In this document: piece after piece, positions 38,021 to 45,989 of the stretch
Layout: each line of letters begins with the position of its first letter
How positions within the stretch are numbered: position 1 is the first letter of the stretch
Virus record (IMG/VR): IMGVR_UViG_3300013021_000001
Length of the DNA stretch: 64,000 nt
Origin: a virus
Taxonomy: Duplodnaviria; Heunggongvirae; Uroviricota; Caudoviricetes
Strand: one strand, 5' to 3'
The notes under the pieces: generated by a model
The model's input: only the letters and a program-made list of their open reading frames with translations
Told to the model about the DNA's origin: nothing
Databases searched by the model: none
Position numbers and translations under genes: made by a program

Positions 38021-39637
38021 GTGGTAAGTTTGAGCAAATTAAAAGTAGAAGATATACAAAAAAAACTAAATATAAATAAAATAGTAGCAGAGCTAATGGT
38101 GGATAGAGGTCTTGATAACGAGAAAGATTTAGACCTCTTTCTCAACGGCTCTTTAGAAGACCTGCACGAACCAGAAAAGATACCAAACATTAAAGATTTT
38201 GCAGATAAAGTAAAAGAGTATGCCTTCTTTTCAAAGATTGCAATCTATTCAGATTATGATGCTGATGGAGTTTCATCTGCTTATATACTGAGAACTGCAC
38301 TAAAAAAGCTGTCAAACAATGCTAAGGTGGATGTCTTTTTTGCTAATAGGTTTAAAGATGGTTATGGCTTATCAAAAAGGTCAATAGATATAATGAATCA
38401 TCAGGGGGCTAAGTTAATAATTACTTTAGATTGCGGTATATCTAATCAGGCTGAAATAGATTATGCACGCTCTTTGGGAATGGAAGTAGTTGTTATCGAC
38501 CACCACGAAAGTGATGATGGTGTTGATGCTCCCTTTATAGATTTAAAAGCAAACTCGGGAGATTATCCCTTCGCTGAACTGTGTGGAGCTGGAGCAGCTT
38601 GGAAGTTTTCTCAGTACCTTTTAGATGATTTATTCTTAGATGTAATCGACATAGCAGCAGTTGCTACAGTAGCTGATGTTGTACCTTTAGTTGATGAAAA
38701 CAGAATTATCGTCAGAGAAGGCCTAAAGCGTATGAGAAAGGGTATAATGAATTCCGGCCTAAAAAATATACTTGAAGTTAACGAGGTTGATGAAACAAAA
38801 CTTTCAGCAACTGACATAGGCTTTAAGATAGGCCCACTAATCAACGCTACTGGAAGACTTAAAACCGCTCGACCAGCATACGATATTTTATATACTGACA
38901 ATGAATATCAACGTTCTGAATTAGCTGATGAGCTTTATAGAAAAAACGTTCAAAGAAAAGACATCACTAAAAAGATATTGGATGAAATGAAAAATGATAT
39001 CGATGATAGTGATAAAGTAATAGTTTGTAATGGCAATATACCACAGGGCATAGTTGGACTTATTTCAGGAAGAATATCATCTTCTTTTGAGAAGCCATCA
39101 ATAGTTGTTGATAGAAAGAGTGGTAAGGGTTCAGGCAGAAGCATAGAGCCGTTTAATCTTTACGAAAATTTAAAAGTCTGCTTAGAAGAAGAACTCTTAA
39201 ATTCTGCAGGTGGACACTCGATGGCTGCAGGCTTAAATGTATCAATGAACAAATTTGACGACTTTAGCTTAAGGTTAAATGAGCTTGCTGAAAGTGTAGA
39301 TTTAATGCCAGTAACATATGACAAGGAAATAGATATAAGTGAGGTTTCAGAAGAGCTACTATACGACCTTGAGATTTTAGAACCATGTGGAGAAGGAAAC
39401 AGGAAGCCAGTATTCTATTCAAAAGATGTTGATATAACTTCAGTCTGGGTTCTGCCAGGAAATGAACATGTTAAATTTAAAGCTGGTGGGGTTGAAGCTA
39501 TAGCTTTTAGGCAGGCTGATATGGAAAGAACCTTGAGAGAGGGTAAAGTTAATCTGACATATACAGTTGGCTGGAATGAGTATAGAGGCAGAAAGTCACT
39601 GCAAATAATAGTTGAAAAGATAAATCCTTTTAAGTAA
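38021..39637 (+). CDS. RecJ-like DHH-family ssDNA exonuclease
   Basis: AIYSDYDADGVSS (DHH motif I), VVVIDHHESDDG (DHH), and GGHSMAAG (DHHA1 GGGH). Start is GTG 38021 or TTG 38030 after GGAAGGTGG. Confidence 0.7.
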   Translation: MVSLSKLKVEDIQKKLNINKIVAELMVDRGLDNEKDLDLFLNGSLEDLHEPEKIPNIKDFADKVKEYAFFSKIAIYSDYDADGVSSAYILRTALKKLSNNAKVDVFFANRFKDGYGLSKRSIDIMNHQGAKLIITLDCGISNQAEIDYARSLGMEVVVIDHHESDDGVDAPFIDLKANSGDYPFAELCGAGAAWKFSQYLLDDLFLDVIDIAAVATVADVVPLVDENRIIVREGLKRMRKGIMNSGLKNILEVNEVDETKLSATDIGFKIGPLINATGRLKTARPAYDILYTDNEYQRSELADELYRKNVQRKDITKKILDEMKNDIDDSDKVIVCNGNIPQGIVGLISGRISSSFEKPSIVVDRKSGKGSGRSIEPFNLYENLKVCLEEELLNSAGGHSMAAGLNVSMNKFDDFSLRLNELAESVDLMPVTYDKEIDISEVSEELLYDLEILEPCGEGNRKPVFYSKDVDITSVWVLPGNEHVKFKAGGVEAIAFRQADMERTLREGKVNLTYTVGWNEYRGRKSLQIIVEKINPFK

Positions 39638-39663
39638 TAATTATAGTTTATAAGGAGGTAAAA

Positions 39664-40086
39664 ATGTTTAAAAAATTATTGAATCTTTTTAAGAAAAATT
39701 CTTCCTTAGTTTCTGGAAATAACAATACAGTCGCCGGCAGAGATATAAACTCTGTTGGCGATAACAATTTAAAAAGCAAAGTTGTTATAAATGGAAGAAT
39801 GTATGAAGGTAACAATATTAGCATTTCAAATGGTGAGGTTCGTGTTGATGGCAGCAAAGTAGATGATATTGATGATGATATAAAATGTCTAAAAATAAAC
39901 GGAGATATAAACGGCAATTTAACTACTGACCTTGCTGTAAACTGCAACAATGTCGATGGAGATATAAGTTCTCACGGAAGTATTAACTGTGACGACGTTT
40001 TTGGAAGTGTATACTCTAAAGGCAGTGTAAATTGTGAAGATGTTAATGGTGATATTACAGCAAATGGAAGTGTAAATACTATATAA
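39664..40086 (+). CDS. Repetitive Gly/Asn/Asp-rich beta-helix-like protein (bactofilin-like repeats)
   Basis: Periodic GD/GN-[IV]-x repeats: NGDINGNLTTDLAVNCNNVDGDISSHGSINCDDVFGSVYSKGSVNCEDVNGDITANGSVN. Confidence 0.35.
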   Translation: MFKKLLNLFKKNSSLVSGNNNTVAGRDINSVGDNNLKSKVVINGRMYEGNNISISNGEVRVDGSKVDDIDDDIKCLKINGDINGNLTTDLAVNCNNVDGDISSHGSINCDDVFGSVYSKGSVNCEDVNGDITANGSVNTI

Positions 40087-40090
40087 GGTT

Positions 40091-40118
40091 GAGAAGGCAT
40101 TTCGCCTTCTCTTTTTTT
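40091..40118 (+). terminator. Rho-independent terminator GAGAAGGC-ATTTC-GCCTTCTC + TTTTTTT
   Basis: Perfect 8-bp stem, 5-nt loop, 7-T run. A TATAAT -10 follows immediately. Confidence 0.75.
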
Positions 40119-40148
40119 ATGTTATAATATGGTAAAAGGAGGATTAAA

Positions 40149-40547
40149 ATGACTAATGCTGAGGCTATGAAAGATTTGAGAGATAGAAGAAGAGAAAATG
40201 GTCTATGTACCCGGTGTGGGAAGGTAGTAGAGGACAATAGATATAGGATATGTTCTGAGTGCAGAAAATATTTAAATTTTTATAAAAGGTATGAAGTTCC
40301 TCCAGCCAGAGAAAAAACCTTGATTAGTCGCTCTCCAGTAAATGAAATAAAAAATGAAAAGCTTTATCAGGCCATGGTTAATAAAAGCCTTTCAACTAAA
40401 AAGCTTTCTAATAAAATAACAGCAACTCAAAGGACTGTTCAGCACTGGCTTTTTGATGGAACCGAACCCCGTAAATCAAACAAGATAGAAGTTAATAGTT
40501 TTTTTGAAAAAGATATATTTGAAATAAAGGAGGTAAAAAATGATTAA
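40149..40547 (+). CDS. Hypothetical protein with N-terminal Zn-finger
   Basis: CTRCGK…CSECR. RBS AAAGGAGGATTAAA. Confidence 0.4.
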   Translation: MTNAEAMKDLRDRRRENGLCTRCGKVVEDNRYRICSECRKYLNFYKRYEVPPAREKTLISRSPVNEIKNEKLYQAMVNKSLSTKKLSNKITATQRTVQHWLFDGTEPRKSNKIEVNSFFEKDIFEIKEVKND

Positions 40548-40764
40548 AACTTTAAAAGAAGATAATGGAGACTGGACTGTATATGATGATGAATCAATGA
40601 TTGCTGCTACCATATCAATAATAAATGAATATTCTATAATTCCAGAAGATGAAAAGACTAGAAAATACAGGGTTGATATGAGCGGAAAAACAGTAAGAAC
40701 ATATATAAAAAACTTCAACGATGCTGTGTCTGCAGCCGCTGAAGCTATAAGAGATAAAAAGTAA
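40540..40764 (+). CDS. Hypothetical small protein
   Basis: RBS AAGGAGGTAAAAA ATG. Confidence 0.4.
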   Translation: MIKTLKEDNGDWTVYDDESMIAATISIINEYSIIPEDEKTRKYRVDMSGKTVRTYIKNFNDAVSAAAEAIRDKK

Positions 40765-41100
40765 AATTATTTGCACATTAATATTAAATGTGTTATAGTT
40801 AAATTATAAAATATGTAGTATGTAGAGTGATACTTATCAAACTAAAATTAAAACAAAAAAAATAGGAGCGACCCACCAAGTCACTCCAGCAAACAAAAAT
40901 AAACTAAAACAAACAGAAAAAACAAAAATAACCATTTAATTGTTTAATTCTTGGATTAATAATAACACATATAGATAATATTAGTCAAGGGTTATTTAAA
41001 AGTTTTTCCTATTCTCGCCCACTGTTTGCTGGATACTTGCCAAGACTCTAGCAGCAGTGGGCTTTATTATGCTCCGAAAACAAAAGGAGATGTAGACGAA
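40765..41100. promoter_or_regulatory. Structured A-rich intergenic region upstream of the replication-initiator gene (putative regulatory or origin-associated)
   Basis: Near-palindrome CACATTAATATTAAATGTG at 40773-40791. A-rich tract with AAAACAAA-type repeats. Long-range perfect 10-bp inverted repeat CCAGCAAACA (40886-40895) / TGTTTGCTGG (41024-41033). 8-bp stem GCCCACTG (41017-41024) / CAGTGGGC (41055-41062). Confidence 0.35.
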
Positions 41101-41271
41101 ATGAATAAAAAGAAAAGAGAAAGCTTAAAAAAAGCAATGGAGATTTATAAGAATAAGGAAAAACAAAAACCAAAAGGGTACATAGAGACTAACATCAGAA
41201 TAAAGCATAGTATTTCAGAAAAACAATATGAGAAATTATTAGACTACCTATTATATGGAGGTGTTTTATAG
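41101..41271 (+). CDS. Small basic protein
   Basis: ATG 41101 after AAAAGGAGATGTAGACGAA. The track start 41026 lies inside the hairpin and has no RBS. Confidence 0.35.
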   Translation: MNKKKRESLKKAMEIYKNKEKQKPKGYIETNIRIKHSISEKQYEKLLDYLLYGGVL

Positions 41272-42224
41272 TGGCTAGACCAAGTGATATTTTACGAGGA
41301 GTAGGTAGACCAATAGCTTACTATCCAAGACTGAGAAAAATTACCGGTTCTACAGTTGCAACAATATTTTTATGTCAATTTATATATTGGAAGGGAAAAG
41401 AAAAAAGTGGGGATGGATGGATATATAAAGTGCAAGAAGAAATAAAAGAAGAAACTGGCCTTTCAAGATATGAACAGGAAACTGCAAGAGACCATCTAAA
41501 AGAAAGAGGTTTATTGTCCGAAAAAAAAGAGGGGCTACCATGCCAGACCTTTTATAAAATAAACTATGATGTTCTTGATAATTTATGGGATGAAAAAATG
41601 AACCCCGATGAGCCCCGTCATGTCCAGAATGGTGGATTACCACAAACAAGCATGGGGGATTCCAACAATCAAGAATGTGGAAATGCCACAAACCAGAATG
41701 TGGAAAACAATCAAACAAGTATGGGGGATTCCAACAAACAAGTTAGTGGAAATGCCACAAACCAGAAAAGTGCTAATAACCCCGAAATAACAGTTGCGAC
41801 AAAGGGTGAAATTTTACCAGAGAATACTACAGAGAATACTACAAATAATAATAATAACAAAAAAGCCGAAACTCAAAATTCAAAACTGCTTGTGGATAAC
41901 TTCCAAAAAGCATTCGGTAAAAAACCAAACAATTTTCAAAAGCAGAAGCTCTCAGAGTTTGTTGATAAAGGTGGCGATTTTGAACTATTGCTCAAAACAA
42001 TAGAGTACTGTGCACTAGGTGGCCACAACCAGACATTCTTTTTCAGGAGACTTGATATTCTGATGGACAAAGGTATTTATAAAAAAGATGACCTCAAAAA
42101 GATTTTTAGAAAAGACAATCTTAAAACAGCTGCAGGAGATTCTAATAAAACAGAGAAGAATAAAGTAGAGGATAATTATAAATGGAAGGATTTCTTTATA
42201 GATTTCGACAAATATAAGGAGTGA
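41271..42224 (+). CDS. Replisome organizer / replication initiator (DnaD-like) with internal repeats
   Basis: GTG start after GGAGGTG. The N-terminus P.D.L……IAYYP.LRKITGSTVATIFLCQFIYW…….W.YK..EEI.EETGLSRYEQETARDHLKERGLL resembles a phage replisome-organizer/DnaD winged helix. A 23-aa segment is duplicated internally. C-terminal DnaD/DnaB-like domain. Confidence 0.55.
   Translation: MARPSDILRGVGRPIAYYPRLRKITGSTVATIFLCQFIYWKGKEKSGDGWIYKVQEEIKEETGLSRYEQETARDHLKERGLLSEKKEGLPCQTFYKINYDVLDNLWDEKMNPDEPRHVQNGGLPQTSMGDSNNQECGNATNQNVENNQTSMGDSNKQVSGNATNQKSANNPEITVATKGEILPENTTENTTNNNNNKKAETQNSKLLVDNFQKAFGKKPNNFQKQKLSEFVDKGGDFELLLKTIEYCALGGHNQTFFFRRLDILMDKGIYKKDDLKKIFRKDNLKTAAGDSNKTEKNKVEDNYKWKDFFIDFDKYKE
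41643..41780 (+). repeat. Two tandem 69-bp direct repeats inside the initiator gene (iteron candidates)
   Basis: CAAACAAG[CT]ATGGGGGATTCCAACAA…GTGGAAATGCCACAAACCAGAA occurs twice back-to-back (41643-41711 and 41712-41780, about 85% identical), in frame (QTSMGDSNNQ…GNATNQ ×2). Confidence 0.6.
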
Positions 42225-42463
42225 GATTAATGATTCCTGTTGACAAGGATATTTATAATGAGCTCATACAGGCCAGACAAATCTATGTTAAAGATTTAGG
42301 CTTTGAGGATTTTGCTAATACTTTATTCAATGATTTGGACTATCTTATAAACAAACTTGCCTTTATAGGTTTTAGGAGGGCATACACCTGGGCCACCATG
42401 AATAAGTCTGAGTTTGCTCAGGGTATGGCTCAGGGTTTTGCGATAAGAAACGAAAGATTATGA
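42221..42463 (+). CDS. Hypothetical protein
   Basis: Start overlaps the upstream stop (ATGA). 80 aa. Confidence 0.35.
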   Translation: MRLMIPVDKDIYNELIQARQIYVKDLGFEDFANTLFNDLDYLINKLAFIGFRRAYTWATMNKSEFAQGMAQGFAIRNERL

Positions 42464-42541
42464 TGCAAATAATTGTATTTTAATTTAGTTTATAATACTA
42501 AACCTTGAAAAATGGATAGGGGTATGGTATACTTATTATAG

Positions 42542-43156
42542 GTTAAAAAGAGAGGGGGATTTACCATAAAGTTATATAAATGGCAGGAGGAAGTTTTTGA
42601 AGTTTTTAATGATAAGTCATCAGTTATAGAAGTTAAAGGAGCAAGAATAACAGGCAAAACAGAGCTTGCAAATAATTTATCTTTAAGAGATGAAGTTGTT
42701 GTAAGATACTTTAAATACAGTAGGCAAAAAGATGAATGTTTTAAATCAGCGATTAAAAAAATATCATCTCTTAAAAATCATATAAGTTATACTACTAAGG
42801 ATAGGAGAATAATTCAGTACTGGATTTTAAATAAAAATGATGAAATTGAAAGAAGAAAAATATTCTTTTTATCTGGAACATCAGATTCTGCGATTAGAAA
42901 TATATATGAAGGAGTTCATGGTTATACAGAAAAAATCGATACTTTAATTTTTGAGGATATGGAAGTCTCTGATAAAAAGGTAGCAAAAATAAGAGAACAT
43001 TTTATTAAAGACTATAATTTAAAACAGATATTTATTTTTAACTCAGCTCCTTTCAAAAGGAAACAATATATAGTAGATTTATTAGAAGTAAACAAAGAGT
43101 TGGCAGAAAACATGAAAAAACATATATCAGAAGATAGTTACAAAAAAAGAAGTTGA
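42542..43156 (+). CDS. P-loop NTPase (terminase-large-subunit-like Walker A) open frame with no canonical start codon
   Basis: Frame open from stop TAG 42539-42541 to 43156 (205 codons); first ATG only at 42959. VIEVKGARITGKTELA is a Walker A motif resembling PBSX-type TerL (GGRGSGKS). RBS AGAGGGGG at 42551-42558 has no ATG/GTG/TTG in frame downstream; the in-frame codon at good spacing is ATA (42566). Confidence 0.3.
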   Translation, partial: VKKRGGFTIKLYKWQEEVFEVFNDKSSVIEVKGARITGKTELANNLSLRDEVVVRYFKYSRQKDECFKSAIKKISSLKNHISYTTKDRRIIQYWILNKNDEIERRKIFFLSGTSDSAIRNIYEGVHGYTEKIDTLIFEDMEVSDKKVAKIREHFIKDYNLKQIFIFNSAPFKRKQYIVDLLEVNKELAENMKKHISEDSYKKRS

Positions 43157-43184
43157 ACTTATTGGGTACGAGGAGGTAGATGAA

Positions 43185-43358
43185 TTGCCTACATATAATT
43201 ATAGGTGTGAAGATTGCGGTTACCAGTTTTCTAAAATGCAGAAGATAAGTGAGGAGCCATTAGAAGAATGTCCTGAATGTAGAGGCAGCATAAAAAGAAT
43301 ATTTAAAAAGGCTCCGGGTATAAGTTTTAAAGGCAAGAATTTTTATGTAAACAGTTAA
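43185..43358 (+). CDS. FmdB-family zinc-ribbon protein (57 aa, not in ORF track)
   Basis: TTG 43185 after GAGGAGGTAGATGAA. YRCEDCGYQF…CPECRGS is the FmdB-type CxxCG…CPxC signature. Confidence 0.4.
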   Translation: MPTYNYRCEDCGYQFSKMQKISEEPLEECPECRGSIKRIFKKAPGISFKGKNFYVNS

Positions 43359-43380
43359 TTTTTTTAGCATTAAAGGTTTA

Positions 43381-43563
43381 GTGAAGTTTAATAAACCAAT
43401 CAAGCGAAAGGATGATTTTATGGGTTGGGGTTTTATGTTTATATTTTTTGTTTTATTAATAGTTATGGTTATAGGAGTATCAATCTTTTCTATATTTCCG
43501 AAGATAGGAAGTGCTATTAATAAGTATTTTAACTGGGAAGATGAAGAAAATAAAGATGAATAA
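43381..43563 (+). CDS. Small membrane protein
   Basis: Single TM (FMFIFFVLLIVMVIGVSIFSIF) and an acidic tail. Confidence 0.4.
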   Translation: MKFNKPIKRKDDFMGWGFMFIFFVLLIVMVIGVSIFSIFPKIGSAINKYFNWEDEENKDE

Positions 43564-43584
43564 AAAAATAGGGGGATTTATTTA

Positions 43585-44685
43585 ATGAATATTAAGCAAA
43601 AAGGTTTTATAGGACTTATAGTATTTGGTATTTTAGTAGTTTTAGCAGGTGTGGGATTTTTTATGGTGACAGATAACATAGAGCCAGGTTTTGTTGGTTA
43701 TATATATGATAGAACTATTGACCCTGATAACCCGGGAGAAAATAGTGTGCCTGTATTAGAAGGTACTTCAGTAATCAATCAACCACGATATGGATTGGTT
43801 TGGCTAAATCCTTTTACTCAAGAAATGTATATATCACCTACTACTATCATCAGCAGGAACTGGACTAAAAACGAGCAGGAAGGCTCAAAGCAGGACGATT
43901 CTATTGAAGCAGGAACAATTGAAGGTAAAAATGTAATAGTTGATATCTATATGTCAGTACAGCCTGAGAATGTTGCTAAGATTATCAAAAACTGGGGCGT
44001 TAAAAAAGACTTCGAGACTATCGTGGATGACGAACTTTACGGGGTTATGAAAGGTGAAGTTAAAAAAGTTACCAGAAAAACTTCAGTCTACAATTTCCAG
44101 GCTAAGGTAAGCGATATGCAGGCAGAAATCTTTGAGAATTTAAGAGATACACTCTCTGATAAATATGGTATCAAACTAATCAGATTTGAATTCGGAAATA
44201 TCTTAGTTCCACAGGAAATTCAGGCAGAGATTAACCGTAAAACATCAGCTATTAATGAGGTAGAACTTGCTGAATTAGATGCTAAAAGACAGGCGGAGGT
44301 TAACGCTAAAGAGGTTGCAAGACAGGAAGCTGAGTCAAAGCAGGAACTTATTCAAAGGAAGGCAGCTGCTGATGCCGATGCTTACGAGAAGGAAAGAAAA
44401 GCGGATGCAGAAGCTTATTCTATTGAAAGAAAAGCAGAGGCTATTAAAATGGCAGCCAAAAATAAATATGAGGCAGCTATCCTGGAAAAGAAAGCAGAAT
44501 TAGAAAAACAGCAGGCTTATACAGATGTATATTTTGCTGATAGAAAGCTTGACCTGCAGACTAAAGCAGTTACAAGTATCAATGAGAAGATGAAGATTAT
44601 CGTTACTCCAGAAGACGGAAGTGGTATAGGTTCAATGCCTGGTATAATGGGTATCTTAAATGAAATTAATGGAGCGATGGAATAA
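43585..44685 (+). CDS. SPFH/band-7 domain membrane protein (flotillin/YqiK-like)
   Basis: N-terminal TM. SPFH-like core. C-terminal Ala/Glu/Lys-rich coiled coil AKRQAEVNAKEVARQEAESKQELIQRKAAADADAYEKERKADAEAY typical of flotillin-type proteins. Confidence 0.65.
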   Translation: MNIKQKGFIGLIVFGILVVLAGVGFFMVTDNIEPGFVGYIYDRTIDPDNPGENSVPVLEGTSVINQPRYGLVWLNPFTQEMYISPTTIISRNWTKNEQEGSKQDDSIEAGTIEGKNVIVDIYMSVQPENVAKIIKNWGVKKDFETIVDDELYGVMKGEVKKVTRKTSVYNFQAKVSDMQAEIFENLRDTLSDKYGIKLIRFEFGNILVPQEIQAEINRKTSAINEVELAELDAKRQAEVNAKEVARQEAESKQELIQRKAAADADAYEKERKADAEAYSIERKAEAIKMAAKNKYEAAILEKKAELEKQQAYTDVYFADRKLDLQTKAVTSINEKMKIIVTPEDGSGIGSMPGIMGILNEINGAME

Positions 44686-44852
44686 TGATGTTTGATGAGG
44701 ATTTTATAGGACTAATGATTGGAGGATTTGGATTTTTCCTGATTGCAGTATCATTTTTACTGGCAGACATTGCTTTGTCGGGCAAGTTATTACTTGAGGG
44801 GTTTTTATTCTTGGTAGCTTGGCTTATTTGGGAGATGAAAAATTCATTGTAA
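44685..44852 (+). CDS. Small two-TM membrane peptide (55 aa, not in ORF track)
   Basis: ATG overlaps the SPFH stop (TAATG). Hydrophobic MMFDEDFIGLMIGGFGFFLIAVSFLLADIALSGKLLLEGFLFLVAWLIW. Confidence 0.4.
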   Translation: MMFDEDFIGLMIGGFGFFLIAVSFLLADIALSGKLLLEGFLFLVAWLIWEMKNSL

Positions 44853-44857
44853 AAAAA

Positions 44858-44880
44858 GAGAGGCGGATAATTCCGCCTCT
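44858..44880 (-). terminator. Terminator hairpin AGAGGCGG-ATAATT-CCGCCTCT with a T-run on the minus strand
   Basis: 8-bp GC-rich stem. TTTTTTT on the minus strand (A-run 44851-44857 on plus). Terminates the leftward gene 45107-44880. Confidence 0.65.
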
Positions 44881-45107
44881 TAATCTAAATCTTCTTCGAC
44901 ATACTTAGAGTGTGACTGGCCTAGTTTTTGGTATTTTGAGTAATATTTTTTAAGGATATAACGGTATCCTTCTTCGGTTAATTCATTTATATTACGCTTA
45001 ATACCAATCTTTCTAAGCCTTAAAGAAAGCATCTTAATTTCATAATACACGTCGGGGTCAATAGTGCCACTGAATTCTATTCTTTCTATTTTTTTCTTTT
45101 TCGACAT
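44880..45107 (-). CDS. Hypothetical basic protein on the minus strand, with its own consensus promoter
   Basis: ATG (complement 45105-45107) after ACAGAGGTGAGGTAT. 75 aa MSKKKKIERIEF… The track start 45176 has no RBS. Confidence 0.5.
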   Translation of the reverse strand: MSKKKKIERIEFSGTIDPDVYYEIKMLSLRLRKIGIKRNINELTEEGYRYILKKYYSKYQKLGQSHSKYVEEDLD

Positions 45108-45126
45108 ATACCTCACCTCTGTATTA

Positions 45127-45155
45127 ATTGTATCTCGTACGATTTTGATTGTCAA
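45127..45155 (-). promoter_or_regulatory. Sigma-A consensus promoter TTGACA-17-TACAAT (minus strand)
   Basis: Reverse complement of 45127-45155 reads TTGACAATCAAAATCGTACGAGATACAAT, placed about 20 bp upstream of the RBS of the leftward gene. Confidence 0.6.
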
Positions 45156-45293
45156 TAATACAATAAAAGAAGGCACCTTCTTATATAGGTTTACTTAAAC
45201 AACAAAAGTATAGGCAGTAAATTTTTTAATCTTACATTATAGAAAATAAAAAAGCAAATTTAATTTTAAAAAGGATTGGAAGTGGTTTATTTA

Positions 45294-45989
45294 ATGACAT
45301 GTGTAGTTGGATTTAAAGCAGAAAAAGAAAACAAAATATATATTGGCGCTGACACTGTTGGCTCTACAAATTACACAAAAGAAAACAGGAAAGACGGCAA
45401 GGTATTTGCTTCAGGTGATTTCACAATCGGTTTTGCGGGCTCTTATAGAATGGGACAGGTATTGCAGTATAAATTAGATGTTCCGGCACAGAAAGACTCT
45501 CAGACAGACCACGGCTATATGGCCACGACATTTATCGATGCAGTTAGGAGACTTTTTGATAAAAATGGTATTATGGGTGTCGACCAGGACAACAAGGAAT
45601 TTGGCGGTTTGTTTTTAGTAGCATATAAAAATGAGCTCTATAGAATCGACTATGACTTTCAGGTTGGTATCGGAAGTGAAGACTTTACCGCTATAGGTTC
45701 CGGTGGAGAGGTAGCTTTGGGGGCTATGTACGCTTTAAATAGTTTTGATGAAGTTGAGCCTACTGAAAAGATAACAATGTCTATTCTGGCGGCTATGGAC
45801 CTTACACCGTTTGTTGGTGGAGATATCGAAATTGTAAGCCACACTTATGTTGAAGAGACAGCAATTGATAAGGTGTATGACAAGCTTTCTGATATGACAG
45901 ACGAGGATTTGCTGGAGATTCAGGAATACCTTGATATGACTATCTGCGATAATAATATGATGGCTCTCGGTGTTGATGAGTGTGAGTAA
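45294..45989 (+). CDS. HslV/proteasome-beta-like Ntn-hydrolase peptidase
   Basis: ATG 45294 gives M-TCVVGFKAEKENKIYIGADTVGS. A Thr directly after Met (the expected nucleophile after Met removal) and the GxD.. pattern parallel the HslV N-terminus TTIVSVRR…IAGDGQ. Confidence 0.45.
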   Translation: MTCVVGFKAEKENKIYIGADTVGSTNYTKENRKDGKVFASGDFTIGFAGSYRMGQVLQYKLDVPAQKDSQTDHGYMATTFIDAVRRLFDKNGIMGVDQDNKEFGGLFLVAYKNELYRIDYDFQVGIGSEDFTAIGSGGEVALGAMYALNSFDEVEPTEKITMSILAAMDLTPFVGGDIEIVSHTYVEETAIDKVYDKLSDMTDEDLLEIQEYLDMTICDNNMMALGVDECE

